From: Candidatus Saccharimonadota bacterium
GTDB lineage: Archaea; Nanohalarchaeota; Nanosalinia; Nanosalinales; Nanosalinaceae
NCBI RefSeq assembly: GCF_029232205.1
Contig: NZ_CP107255.1
Coordinates: 630,001-662,000 of the forward strand
Length of the DNA: 32,000 nt
Direction of reading: 5' to 3'
Each line of letters starts with the position of its first letter. Position 1 is the stretch's first letter. Positions 1 through 9,300 of the stretch are shown piece by piece. The notes beneath the pieces are model-generated. The model ran no database searches, had not been told where the DNA came from, and was given only the letters and a program-made list of their open reading frames with translations. Made by a program: the position numbers and the translations under genes.

Positions 1-155
1 GCCAGGTAAAACATGTCATGCTCTGAATCCACCAGTACATCACATAGCTGGCTGGAGAATCGGTGCTGTTTCTTTCGGTGAGCTATTCCATTTAGTTCTT
101 CCTCATCGAAAAACTGGTTGAAAGAATTCACTAAGGCCCTTTCAAAGTCTGTCAT
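1..155 (-). CDS. Partial ORF (first 51 codons, continues past the left window edge). Hypothetical, possibly the N-terminus of a PD-(D/E)xK / Hjc-like nuclease.
   Basis: My translation of the reverse strand from ATG at 155..153 gives MTDFERALVNSFNQFFDEEELNGIAHRKKQHRFSSQLCDVLVDSEHDMFYLA..., open to the edge. It is below the size cut-off of the ORF track. The E-R ... R ... S ... D-V-L-V spacing resembles archaeal Hjc, but the E-x-K part would lie outside the window. Confidence 0.3.
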   Translation of the reverse strand, partial: MTDFERALVNSFNQFFDEEELNGIAHRKKQHRFSSQLCDVLVDSEHDMFYL

Positions 156-220
156 AAGGAAATATGGGGGATGGTTGAATAAAAATCATTCTCAATTTTG
201 CTGAGATCTCCTTAAAACCC

Positions 221-3169
221 TTATTTGAATGCTAGAGCTTGAACTTCCTCTTTTGGAAGACTGCGATTATAGATCCTTAGCTCATCAGCTTTTCCTTCTA
301 GATTTTCGCCCATAATTAATTTTCCAGAGGAATTAGAGTCCATTCCAACCTGCTTTGAGGATCTTTCTTGGCCTCCGATATACAGTTTTTGAGTTGAGCC
401 ATTGAAGTTTAAAGATACGTGCCGCCATGAGGCCCCAATCTCTGCGGTTGTTATGCTTTTTCCAACAGAACCAACAACTACTTCGTCATCAATACCTAGA
501 TAATAGTCTCCTTCATTTACAGAGGCAACAGTACCTACAGGATAGCGAACTAGAACAATACCAGAACCTCCGTCACCACCGAGGCCTCCACCATCACTTC
601 CTCCGCCGCCACCTCCACCAGTGTTCGACATGCCGTCATATCCATTGTTATGCGTCTTGTCGCCTCCACCTTCACCACCGCCTCCTAATCCGCCTAGGCC
701 TCCATAACCAGAACCATCTCCACCTGTATTTGCTCCTCCGCCACCTCCACCGGCGAAATATCCTTCGTCTCCGTATCTCATACCGAACTCTTCAGAGAAG
801 TTTAGGCCTTTACCACCGTCTCCACCGTCGGTAGGATTAGTTATTACGATAGTCTCGCCCTGCTCTCCTGCTCCGCCTCCTCCAGCACCAAAGTCTCCGT
901 TAGTGGTAGGTACGTCTCCACCATCGCTGCCTGAGCCTCTTGAAGTAATATCTTGCTGGGTTGAGTTTCCTCCTAAACCATTATCGTTGCCTGCTCCACC
1001 GCCAGATCCGCCGCTAAGACCATCTGAACCATCATCAGATCCTCTACCACCGCCTCCGCCTCCGATAGCTTTTACATCTTTAAAGCTCGAGTTTTCGCCG
1101 TTATTGCCGAAAGATGGCGTAGTTGTTCCTCCACTACCTCCATCTCCAACTTTAACGGTGTAGGCGCCTGAATTTAGACTATAATTATTCAGATATACGA
1201 GGCCTCCTGCTCCACCTCCTCCTGAGCCTCCATTATTATTTCCAGTATTTGAGGATCCTCCTCCGCCACCACCTGCAACTATAAGGGCGTCTACGTCTAA
1301 TTCTCCACCAGTGACATTTAGAGAAGATTCTCCTACGTTTGTAAATGCATGAACCTTGTAGAGAATTCCATTATCCTTGACATAATACTTATCTTCGCCT
1401 CCTATCACGTCAATGGAATCTTGATCAGATTTTACCCAGGAAGAAATAGTTACTTTACTATCAACGCTGGTAAGACCGAATTTCTTTATATTGCCGCTAT
1501 CTAAACCCACAGAATAGCTATCTAGAACTCCTCTTCTATTCATGTCTGAAGTATCATAAGCTGTTTTCCTATCACCTTCCTCAAATCTCCATCTGCCAAT
1601 TAGTCTATCATTAACCTGTTTGCCATTGTATAGAGCCCTAACTTCAGAAGTAGAAAGGGCCTTTGAGTATATTCTGGCGTCATCTATCTTACCGTTGAAA
1701 TAACCAGTTGTTCCTTCCTTATCAGCGCCTATTGTAACATCTGCATCAAAAGCTTCAAGGTTTCTATTTGTGGTTTCTGAACCTACTTGATCGCCGTTAA
1801 CATACAACTTCCTGGTTCCTGTCTTCTCTGAATATGTTAATGCGACGTGAACCCATTCATTATCTGGAATACTTGTTGCCGAGCCACAGTCATCCCCTCC
1901 ATCTCCAATGCACCCATATAATCCTCCAGATTTGGTAGCAATGAACCAGAAAAAGTTCCCTTCTCTCTTAGATATAATCTTATCATATGTTCCTGAGATA
2001 GAACTCTGTTTTATCCAGGCCGAAAGTGTCAGCTCTTCCGTCAAATTTAACGAATTAGAACCTGAGAGATCAACATAATCATTATCTCCGTCAAACTTCA
2101 AAGAGTAATCTCCTACTTTGCCTTCTTTCCAACCGCTCGAAGCATTGAAATCGAAATTTTTGAGTTCTCCAGTTTTCCCGCCATAAAATGTTCCAAGATG
2201 CGAATTCTGAGAGTAGTCCTTTATTGCAGGCCTGTTTAGCGGTGTATCCCTGACCCAGCCACTGCCCATTTCCAGCTGATTATTCTCAAATCCTCGAGGA
2301 GTTCCACTATTACCATTTGCAGAATCATCTGTGAGACAGGCATTAGAAGCAGCAATATCACATCTTTTCGGGCCCTCATTGAAGTTTTGATAAAATATAA
2401 GATTTTCGCGTGAAACAGTCTTTTCTTTGTAAAGTTTCTGAACTTCTAGTTCGGTTAAATTAGTTTTATAGACTCTAACGTCATCCACCTTCCCATCAAT
2501 ATTTCCATCAAGGCCTGTTCCTATGGAGGAATTGCTTAAAGAGTTCATCCATGTATCATCGCCATCTGGATCTACAGTATAATCTTTTTGGCCATTAAGA
2601 TATACTGTGTAGTTGTCTCCATTCCAAACATAACCTATGTGGTACCAAGTTCCTGTTGATATACTACTGCCTTCTTCCGAAGTCCTGACACCGTCCGTAG
2701 CAATCTTCACATTTCCACTCGGACTAGCACCTATCTGTTCGTTTTCGCCTTCTTCATCTGTCCATTCGAAAAACGCGGTATACTCATTTTGGAAAGAATC
2801 AAACTTAACCCATCCAAAAACAGATCTGGATTCATTTGCTGGATCAGAAATTTGAGATAGTGGATCTTCTAAAGAGATGTAGTCATCTTGCCCATCAAAA
2901 TCCAGGCTGTAACCTCTAGAAACCTTGGGATCGTCAAATCGCCAGTATCCTTGTAGGCCATCTTGGAGATTTGCTTGGCTGGATTGAACCTCTTTATCTC
3001 CTGTAGTACTTAGTGCTGGGGTCGGACCTGACAGTTCTCCATTATCAAGATATTTTAGTGAATTAGAGGTAGATGAAAGCATAGAAATTGAAGCTACCAT
3101 TAAAACAACAGCAAGAAGAGCCGCACTTTTTTCCGCTGATAAATTTCCTAGAAAATCAAGAGCACTCAC
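221..3169 (-). CDS. Giant surface protein, 982 aa. N-terminal hydrophobic anchor or long signal, three LamG (Laminin_G_3-type) domains, and a glycine-rich domain inserted in the last LamG. GTG start.
   Basis: 982-aa ORF. Hydrophobic segment AALLAVVLMVASISML near the N-terminus. LamG signatures recur: GYWRFDD...FDGQDDYISL...WYHIGYVW...VYLNG...GKVDDVRVYKTNLTELEVQKLY; KFDGDNDYVDL...SAWIK...WVHVALTY...LYVNG...GKIDDARIYSKALSTSEVRALY; and C-terminal ADELRIYNRSLPKEEVQALAFK. Confidence 0.88.
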   Translation of the reverse strand: MSALDFLGNLSAEKSAALLAVVLMVASISMLSSTSNSLKYLDNGELSGPTPALSTTGDKEVQSSQANLQDGLQGYWRFDDPKVSRGYSLDFDGQDDYISLEDPLSQISDPANESRSVFGWVKFDSFQNEYTAFFEWTDEEGENEQIGASPSGNVKIATDGVRTSEEGSSISTGTWYHIGYVWNGDNYTVYLNGQKDYTVDPDGDDTWMNSLSNSSIGTGLDGNIDGKVDDVRVYKTNLTELEVQKLYKEKTVSRENLIFYQNFNEGPKRCDIAASNACLTDDSANGNSGTPRGFENNQLEMGSGWVRDTPLNRPAIKDYSQNSHLGTFYGGKTGELKNFDFNASSGWKEGKVGDYSLKFDGDNDYVDLSGSNSLNLTEELTLSAWIKQSSISGTYDKIISKREGNFFWFIATKSGGLYGCIGDGGDDCGSATSIPDNEWVHVALTYSEKTGTRKLYVNGDQVGSETTNRNLEAFDADVTIGADKEGTTGYFNGKIDDARIYSKALSTSEVRALYNGKQVNDRLIGRWRFEEGDRKTAYDTSDMNRRGVLDSYSVGLDSGNIKKFGLTSVDSKVTISSWVKSDQDSIDVIGGEDKYYVKDNGILYKVHAFTNVGESSLNVTGGELDVDALIVAGGGGGGSSNTGNNNGGSGGGGAGGLVYLNNYSLNSGAYTVKVGDGGSGGTTTPSFGNNGENSSFKDVKAIGGGGGGRGSDDGSDGLSGGSGGGAGNDNGLGGNSTQQDITSRGSGSDGGDVPTTNGDFGAGGGGAGEQGETIVITNPTDGGDGGKGLNFSEEFGMRYGDEGYFAGGGGGGANTGGDGSGYGGLGGLGGGGEGGGDKTHNNGYDGMSNTGGGGGGGSDGGGLGGDGGSGIVLVRYPVGTVASVNEGDYYLGIDDEVVVGSVGKSITTAEIGASWRHVSLNFNGSTQKLYIGGQERSSKQVGMDSNSSGKLIMGENLEGKADELRIYNRSLPKEEVQALAFK
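539..1363 (-). other. Glycine-rich domain (aa ~603-877 of the 982-aa protein) nested inside its C-terminal LamG domain.
   Basis: It starts YKVHAFTNVGESSLNVTGGELDVDALIVAGGGGGGS, has multiple GGGGxG runs, and ends GGDGGSGIVLVRYP. This start/end pattern matches the 'glycine-rich domain-containing protein' family as I remember it. LamG sequence resumes immediately after (GDYYLGIDDEVVVG...WRHVSLNFNGSTQKLYIGG...). Confidence 0.6.
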
Positions 3170-3296
3170 TGCTTTCGTCCCTCTCGTATGACCATTTCCT
3201 TTCCATTAATTTTTACCGGTGTTCTTTGATTCCTTCTTAATGGATATATTTTCTTGGGCATAACACCATGTTATTCTTCTCTATGGCAAAATACTG

Positions 3297-6200
3297 CTAA
3301 CTGAAGCTCAGGCCTTCTACTTCTAATTCGGTCAGGCTTCTGTTGTAGATTCTGAGCTCGTCAATTCCTCCCTGGAATACTGTGATGTTTTCTTCCAGCG
3401 TGCCTCCTAGTATAGGGGGCAAGGTGTCTGCAGCTTTCTGAGATATCAGTTCTTTATGCTGCATTTCGCCGTTTCTGTGTAGTTTGATATTTTGCCCTGC
3501 TTTTCTTGTTGCTGTAAAGTGTGTCCAGCGGGTTAGCGGGGCATCTACATGAGCGGTAACTGTTTTATTAGCTGTACGGTATCTGTAGATAAGTTTTCCA
3601 TCTTCGGTCCATATGTTAAGGCCTTCAGTTTTTTCTGGAGAGGCCTCTGTTTTTGTGTATGGGCCTGCGTATTTTCCTGGTGTTCTCTGTGCGCCCCATA
3701 CAAAGTAGGTGCTGTTGTCTTTTCTATTGAAGAACTGGTATCCTCTGTCTTCCTGAACTGCTTCTAGAGTGCAGGAGTAGTATTGCCAGTAAGTTTTCAG
3801 GTTGAAGAGGCACATGTTTCCGTCGTCGAGGCCGAGTCGGAAGTCATCTCCTCCCGTCCTACTTTTGGCCCATACACTTGCGGTGTAGGTCTTGCCTATT
3901 TCTGTATCTAGATGCTGTATTCTGCCGGTTTTGCTGTCGCATCCAGTACCGTAGCTTACTTTGATGCTTTGCGCAGTGTTTGAACCATCAGGCGCGGTAA
4001 AACCGTTGTTTGTTTCTCCCCATCCACAGTAGCCATTCCAGTAAGAGGATTTGCTGGTGTTTTGAGAGTAGCTTAGAGAGTTATAGCTTGACTGCGATAG
4101 AATTGAGGTAGGCCTTTCTGTTTCAGGTTTTATCCATGCTGATATACTGTAGTTTTTGCTGTAGTCTGCTCCGTAGGTCTGTATTTTGTTGTAGGCCTCT
4201 CCAAAGTTTACTCCTTTACTGTCCAGTATTCCTTCTTTACCTGCTGTTGCTGTATCGTAGACTTTTCCTAGTTCTCCGGAGTCAAAGCTCCATTGAGCTG
4301 TTAGGCCGTCCGTAACTTGTTCGCCGCGGTAAAGTCTCTGCTCTTCGGAGGCCGATAGCGTTTTGGAGTAGAATCTGACATCGTCTATTTTTCCTGTGAA
4401 GTTTGTGTTTACTCCTCCATATGTGTCAGTTATCGCTCCAATATGCGGTTCCCCATAGTTTGGTTTTTCGCACATTACACCTCCGCCGTTATACGCTACC
4501 TCTGTGGCCTTCTTCTCCCCGTTCACATACACGGTGTCAGGCATTGATGTGTTGTAGGCTCCTGTTACACTGACCTGATACCATTCTCCTGGTGTGAAAG
4601 AGTGGTCAACGGTAACCCGTAGATCATTATCGCAGCTGGCCTCTCTTCCCCAGGTAATGTTGCTTTGAGTGCCTTCTATGTAGAAGTACTTTGAGGAAGA
4701 AGACATATCGTAGAGAGTGCTCTCCCAATCAGATTTTTCAGGCTTGAACCAGAGCGATATCGAAAAATTATCTTTATCTATAAGGTCGGGGACCGCCACA
4801 TAATCGTTGGCTCCGTCAAAATCGTAGCTGTTTCCGTATTTTCCTTCACTAGGTATAGGGCCTTCTGTTATATCATCAATTTGAACCCAGTGTCCTACCG
4901 TGTCATCATTGTAGAAGTAAATGTTTGTGTCGGCCTCTGTTTTATCTATCGTAGTAGTGTATGTTTTCCACTCGCTATGGAATTCATGTTGGCTCGTGCC
5001 AGGCCCTGACGAAATACTTGTAGATCCATTGTATACAATCAGTTTGCAGCCATATCCTCTGCAGGCATACTGTATTTCTGTTCCCTGTACAGCGTCATAA
5101 TCGAAGTCTGACATTTTAGCGCATGCCAGGCCGTCTCCACCGGTAGAGTTCATCAGGTAGGAATAGTCGCTTTTGTAGCCTTCTTCAACAATTCTCGAAC
5201 TTGGTTCTCCTCCGCAGTTCGTCTGCCATCCATCACTATTGTTGTCTTCCCAGCCTTCAAAGAATCCTCCGCTGATCAGGCCTTCTCTGTTGTTGAAGAT
5301 CAAGCTTTGTTCATATCCCTTGACGTGATTTTCGAACTTCAACCTTTCGACAGGTCCCTTTGAATTCCAGCCACTGCCCGTGTTGAAGCTATTATCATCA
5401 AAATTACGAGGCGTCCCAGCGTTACCTCTGCCGGAGTCGTCAGTTATACAGGAGTTATTTGACGTCAGATCACAGCTCTGTGGGCCTTTGAAGAGGTAGC
5501 TAAGAACTAAATTTTCTCTTGGTGCGGGCTTGTCTGAGAATAGGGTCTTGGCTTCTTTCTGTGTTATTGACCTGTTATAGATCTTTATGTTCTGTATTTG
5601 GCCCTGGAAGTTTTTGCTATTGCCTTCATTCACCTGTGCACCTATGCCGAATTCATAGCTGTATCCAGAGTTTAGATTTCCCTGTTCAACCAGTTTGCCG
5701 TCGACAAAGAGTTTTCCATTATCTGTTCTAAGTACTGCGATTATATGATGCCACTCAGTAGGATTTGATAGAGTATGGTTCAACGGCGGCGGATTTGTAT
5801 CGCCGTAGTCATTCCTGCTGAAAGCTCTGACTTCTCCATCGACATACTTTATCCCTGATCCCCATCCGTTCCAGTGATTGGTTCCTTTATCCATCCTTCC
5901 TGCAATAGCTGATTCTTGAATCTCTTGAGTTGGTTTTATCCAAACTGAAATAGTCACAGGATTATTGCAGTTATTTCTGCAGTCATCTGAAGGATATTCT
6001 TCTACATTGGCCTCTATGTAATCATCTGTTCCATCAAATTCTATACTATTGCCTGAGGAAATATCAAGAGTGTCAAAGCGATAATAAGCCTCTAGTCCCT
6101 CCTTTAGTGCAGAACTACTAGCGGTTTGAGATAACGGATTTGAAGATGCGGAAAGTCCGGATCTGTTTTCATCAGATAGTGAGGCGGAAAAACTATTTTG

Positions 6201-6302
6201 CTTCTGTAAGGTGTCGAAACCTGCTGAGAATGCTACTATGAGCGTTACCGCTGCGATGAGAATCCTGGCATCATACGGAGTAATAATATTCAAAGAATGC
6301 AT
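3297..6302 (-). CDS. Giant surface protein, 1001 aa. N-terminal hydrophobic anchor, three LamG domains, a Cys-containing ~140-aa module, and a second Cys-containing beta-sandwich-like insert in the last LamG.
   Basis: 1001-aa ORF with ATG start. ILIAAVTLIVAFSAGF hydrophobic segment. LamG C-terminal motifs GQIQNIKIYNRSITQKEAKTLF, GKIDDVRFYSKTLSASEEQRLY, GGIDELRIYNRSLTELEVEGLSFS. FDGTDDYIEA and FDGANDYVAV strands. Confidence 0.88.
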   Translation of the reverse strand: MHSLNIITPYDARILIAAVTLIVAFSAGFDTLQKQNSFSASLSDENRSGLSASSNPLSQTASSSALKEGLEAYYRFDTLDISSGNSIEFDGTDDYIEANVEEYPSDDCRNNCNNPVTISVWIKPTQEIQESAIAGRMDKGTNHWNGWGSGIKYVDGEVRAFSRNDYGDTNPPPLNHTLSNPTEWHHIIAVLRTDNGKLFVDGKLVEQGNLNSGYSYEFGIGAQVNEGNSKNFQGQIQNIKIYNRSITQKEAKTLFSDKPAPRENLVLSYLFKGPQSCDLTSNNSCITDDSGRGNAGTPRNFDDNSFNTGSGWNSKGPVERLKFENHVKGYEQSLIFNNREGLISGGFFEGWEDNNSDGWQTNCGGEPSSRIVEEGYKSDYSYLMNSTGGDGLACAKMSDFDYDAVQGTEIQYACRGYGCKLIVYNGSTSISSGPGTSQHEFHSEWKTYTTTIDKTEADTNIYFYNDDTVGHWVQIDDITEGPIPSEGKYGNSYDFDGANDYVAVPDLIDKDNFSISLWFKPEKSDWESTLYDMSSSSKYFYIEGTQSNITWGREASCDNDLRVTVDHSFTPGEWYQVSVTGAYNTSMPDTVYVNGEKKATEVAYNGGGVMCEKPNYGEPHIGAITDTYGGVNTNFTGKIDDVRFYSKTLSASEEQRLYRGEQVTDGLTAQWSFDSGELGKVYDTATAGKEGILDSKGVNFGEAYNKIQTYGADYSKNYSISAWIKPETERPTSILSQSSYNSLSYSQNTSKSSYWNGYCGWGETNNGFTAPDGSNTAQSIKVSYGTGCDSKTGRIQHLDTEIGKTYTASVWAKSRTGGDDFRLGLDDGNMCLFNLKTYWQYYSCTLEAVQEDRGYQFFNRKDNSTYFVWGAQRTPGKYAGPYTKTEASPEKTEGLNIWTEDGKLIYRYRTANKTVTAHVDAPLTRWTHFTATRKAGQNIKLHRNGEMQHKELISQKAADTLPPILGGTLEENITVFQGGIDELRIYNRSLTELEVEGLSFS
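3624..4049 (-). other. Inserted module (aa ~752-893) splitting the C-terminal LamG of the 1001-aa protein. Candidate carbohydrate-binding-module-like beta-sandwich.
   Basis: SYWNGYCGWGETNNGFTAPDGS...GKTYTASVWAKSRTGGDDFRLGLDDGNMCLF...YYSCTLEAV...FVWGAQ. It is flanked by the LamG N-half (AQWSFDSGELGKVYDTATAGKEGIL...SISAWIKPE) and C-half (WTHFTATRKAGQNIKLHRNG...IDELRIYNRSL). The pattern 'G.TY..SVWAK' resembles CBM4/9-type modules. Boundaries are approximate. Confidence 0.45.
4854..5270 (-). other. Conserved Cys-containing ~138-aa module, copy A (aa ~345-483 of the 1001-aa protein).
   Basis: FFEGWEDNNSDGWQTNCGGEP...NSTGGDGLACAKM...IQYACRGYGCKLIVYNGSTSISSGPGT...NIYFYNDDTVGHW...ITEGPI. By hand alignment 89 of 138 positions are identical to copy B at 8013..8426. 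Confidence 0.7.
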
Positions 6303-6328
6303 AACAGGTTACCTTGGGATTTTGTTGC

Positions 6329-6340
6329 TAGGAATTTAAT
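6329..6340 (-). promoter_or_regulatory. Candidate TATA-box promoter element of the 1001-aa LamG gene.
   Basis: The minus strand reads ATTAAATTCCTA, ending 26 nt upstream of the ATG at 6302. The identical 12-mer lies upstream of the LamG gene at 19704. Confidence 0.4.
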
Positions 6341-6395
6341 ATTATCTTAAAGCCCACAGTGCAACTAATTTGCTTTTATCAGAGCATATCAATCC

Positions 6396-9300
6396 CTATT
6401 GGAATGCCAATTTTTCTATTTCATTTTGATTCAAACTTCGATTGTAGATTCTGACTTCGTCAAGCTTGTTTGCATAGTTTCTTCCCAGTGTTGTGGGCCC
6501 TCTGGCTTTTTTGCTGCTTGAGATATTGTAGTCTTCTTCTATAAGCTGGGTTCCTGAGTAAAGTTTTGCTGTGTTGCCGTCAAAGGTTAACGTGATGAGT
6601 TTCCAGTTCTTGTCAAGTTCGGGGCTTTCCAGGAATCTGCCGTTGACATGGGCCAGGATTTTTCTTTCATGCAGTGTCAGGCCATACCTGTTGTTTTCTG
6701 AAATAGCGGTGTAGGTTTTCATTGATAGGTCGTCCATCCAGAGGCCTGCGTTTCCTCCGGAAGGGCCGTTGTATCCGTTGTTTCCGTCTCCGCCATCTAT
6801 CTGGTATCTTATTGTTCTTGTTCCTTTCGGTGGTTTGTAGGAAGGTGTTATGTGGAACCAGTCGCCGTATTTTTCCACATATTCTTCATTGAGGTTGTAG
6901 GCCTCTCCCATCCACCGAGTTTTGTTTTCTCCCAGAAGTGTTCCATTTTCGCTGTAGTAGTAGAAATGTAGTCGGACATCATCTTCATAGACGTACGGAG
7001 TGGCTTTGAGACCTTCCCAGTTGGCATCGGAGTATGATGGAAGGTTTATCCATGCTGAGGCCTTGAATGCGGAGTTATCCTCTACGCTGACGTTCTGGTA
7101 GATGTATGCGTTTGGCCATGTTCCTGGGCCTTCGTTCCATGGGTTTCCGAATGATTTTGAGCCTTCGGTGTTCGGTGCCAGTCTGTCATCTGTGACGTTC
7201 CAGCCGTTTTCGTCCGGATAATTCCAGTTTTCAGGGTTTGTCTCGTCGTAAGGATCTTCCTCGAATCCCGGATTTTTCAGCATGTTTTCAGAGTTATCTC
7301 CTTCAATCCAGCCTGTGACTGTGAATTCCGGGCCTTTTAGTGTTGTTCGGGAAGTTAGATGCGAGTTCTCGCCTCCCAGTGCTTTTCCTCCAAGTATCCC
7401 TTTGTGGCCTGTAGAGGCGGAGTCAAAGGCCTTTTTGCCGTCTGTGTCTTCAAAATTCCATTTTCCTGCGAGTTCTCCGCTGACGGGTTCTCCACTGTAT
7501 ATTTTCTGTATTTCTTTGTCACTGAGTGCTCTTGTGTAGATTCTTATGTCGTCGACTGAGCCTTGCAGCCATTTTTCGCTGTCTGTTGAAGGCCTTCCGA
7601 TTATTGCCTGTTCCGATCTTATTCTTCCGGAGACATCGTCTCTTGTGGAGGAGGCCTGTTTTTCTCCGTCAAGGTAGAGGCTGAATGTTTTTCCTTCTCT
7701 CTTTATTGCCGCGTGGTACCACTGATTTTCGTTTATGTTTGTTGTCAGGATTGTTGAGTCATTGCTTCCCTGCTCAGGGTACAGGTATCCTTTGAGTTCG
7801 TTGTTGTTTCCTGCGTAGATGGCCCATTCGTAGTCGTCGCGGTTTGCTCTGATAAGAGATGAGCCCAGGTTTCCAGTAGATCGGGAAAGATTCTCGTAGT
7901 TCACCCAGCCAGTTACCGTGAAGTTTTCGACTCCAGTGATGTTTCTGTCTATTTCTATGTAGTCATCGTAGCCATCGAGGCGAAGGCCTTTTCCTCTCGG
8001 TGTTCTGTTCTGTATCGGACCTTCTGTGATCATGTCGTAGATTGCCCAGTGGCCCACTTGATCGTCGTTGTACATGTAGATGTTGGCGTCGGACTGGGTT
8101 TTTTCCACGCGAGTGGTGTAGATTTTCCATTCATCGGAGTATTCGTGGTAGTCGGTTCCCGGGCCTGATGAGATATCTGTGGATCCGTTCCAGACGATTA
8201 GTTTGCAGCCGTACCCTTTACATGCGTACTGTATTGTTTCTCCTTCTACTGCTGAGTATGTATAGTCTGTCAGTCTTGTGCATGCGAGGCCGTCTCCTCC
8301 TGTCGAGTTGAGTAGGTATGCGTAGTCGCTGATGAATGTGTCTTCCACCATTTTGTTCTCCGGTTGTCCTCCGCAGCCAAGCTGCCATCCTTCCGAGTTA
8401 TTTTCCTCCCAGTTCTCCAGAAAGTTTCCGCTCATCTCTCCGTTTTCCATGCCCTGAGTATGCATCTGGAATTCGTTGTCCGAGCTGTCCCGAAGAGAAA
8501 GATTGTTCAGCGGCGAGTCCGTGGACCAACCTGACTGAGTTCCTACGGTGTTGTTGATGTTGTAGCCCGTTGCCGGCCAGTTATATAGAGAATCTCCTTT
8601 CAGGCATTTTTGAGTAGAGGAAAGACCACAGTTTTCCGGGCCTTCGTTGAATCTCTGGTAGAACATCAGATTGTCGCTTTCTACGGGAAGGCCTTTCTTG
8701 ACCTCTCTGATCTGATCTCCGGTGAGAGATTTGTTGTACAGTTTTACCTCATCTATTTTACCGTTGTAGAAGTGGTCTGCGTCATATCTGTATCTGCCGA
8801 ACTGTGTCTTGGTACTATGTGAAAAGTTTCCTACGTTCCTGCCGTTTTTCTCCGGTAGCGTTACCTCACTGTCCAGCTGGCCGTTTATGTAGATCCTGCT
8901 TTTGTCGCCAGGCCCGAAGCTTGTGCAGAAGTGGTACCATTTGTTGAGGTTATCTGAAACCCATTCATTGGCTCCTGAATCGTAATAGCCCAGGCTTTTG
9001 TCAGCAGTGTGGCCATCATTTTCGATTGATGGATCTACCTGGTACCAGTAGGTTGTAGATATGTTTCCTGATGTCGTGAGGCTTATGCTGAAAGTGTGGT
9101 CTCTTTTCTCTATCAGTCTTTGATCTGCTCCCCCAGTTGAGGACAGGGCCTCTGGCTTTATCCATGCGCAGTAAGTGGCCTGACTGAAGTTTGTGACTTT
9201 GCTTGGATATCCGTCGTCATCTACCTCTACGTAGTCATCTGTCCCGTCAAGTCTCAAGCTGTACTGTTCAGTTTTTCCAGAGGATTCAAATCTGTAGTAA

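Noticed and set aside
427-1163. Plus-strand ORFs of 135 aa and 86 aa (427..834, 903..1163), rich in P/H/L/R.
   Set aside because: They are the antisense mirror of the GGN-codon glycine-rich domain of the 982-aa gene. They are low-complexity, lie entirely inside a strongly supported gene, and have no motifs.
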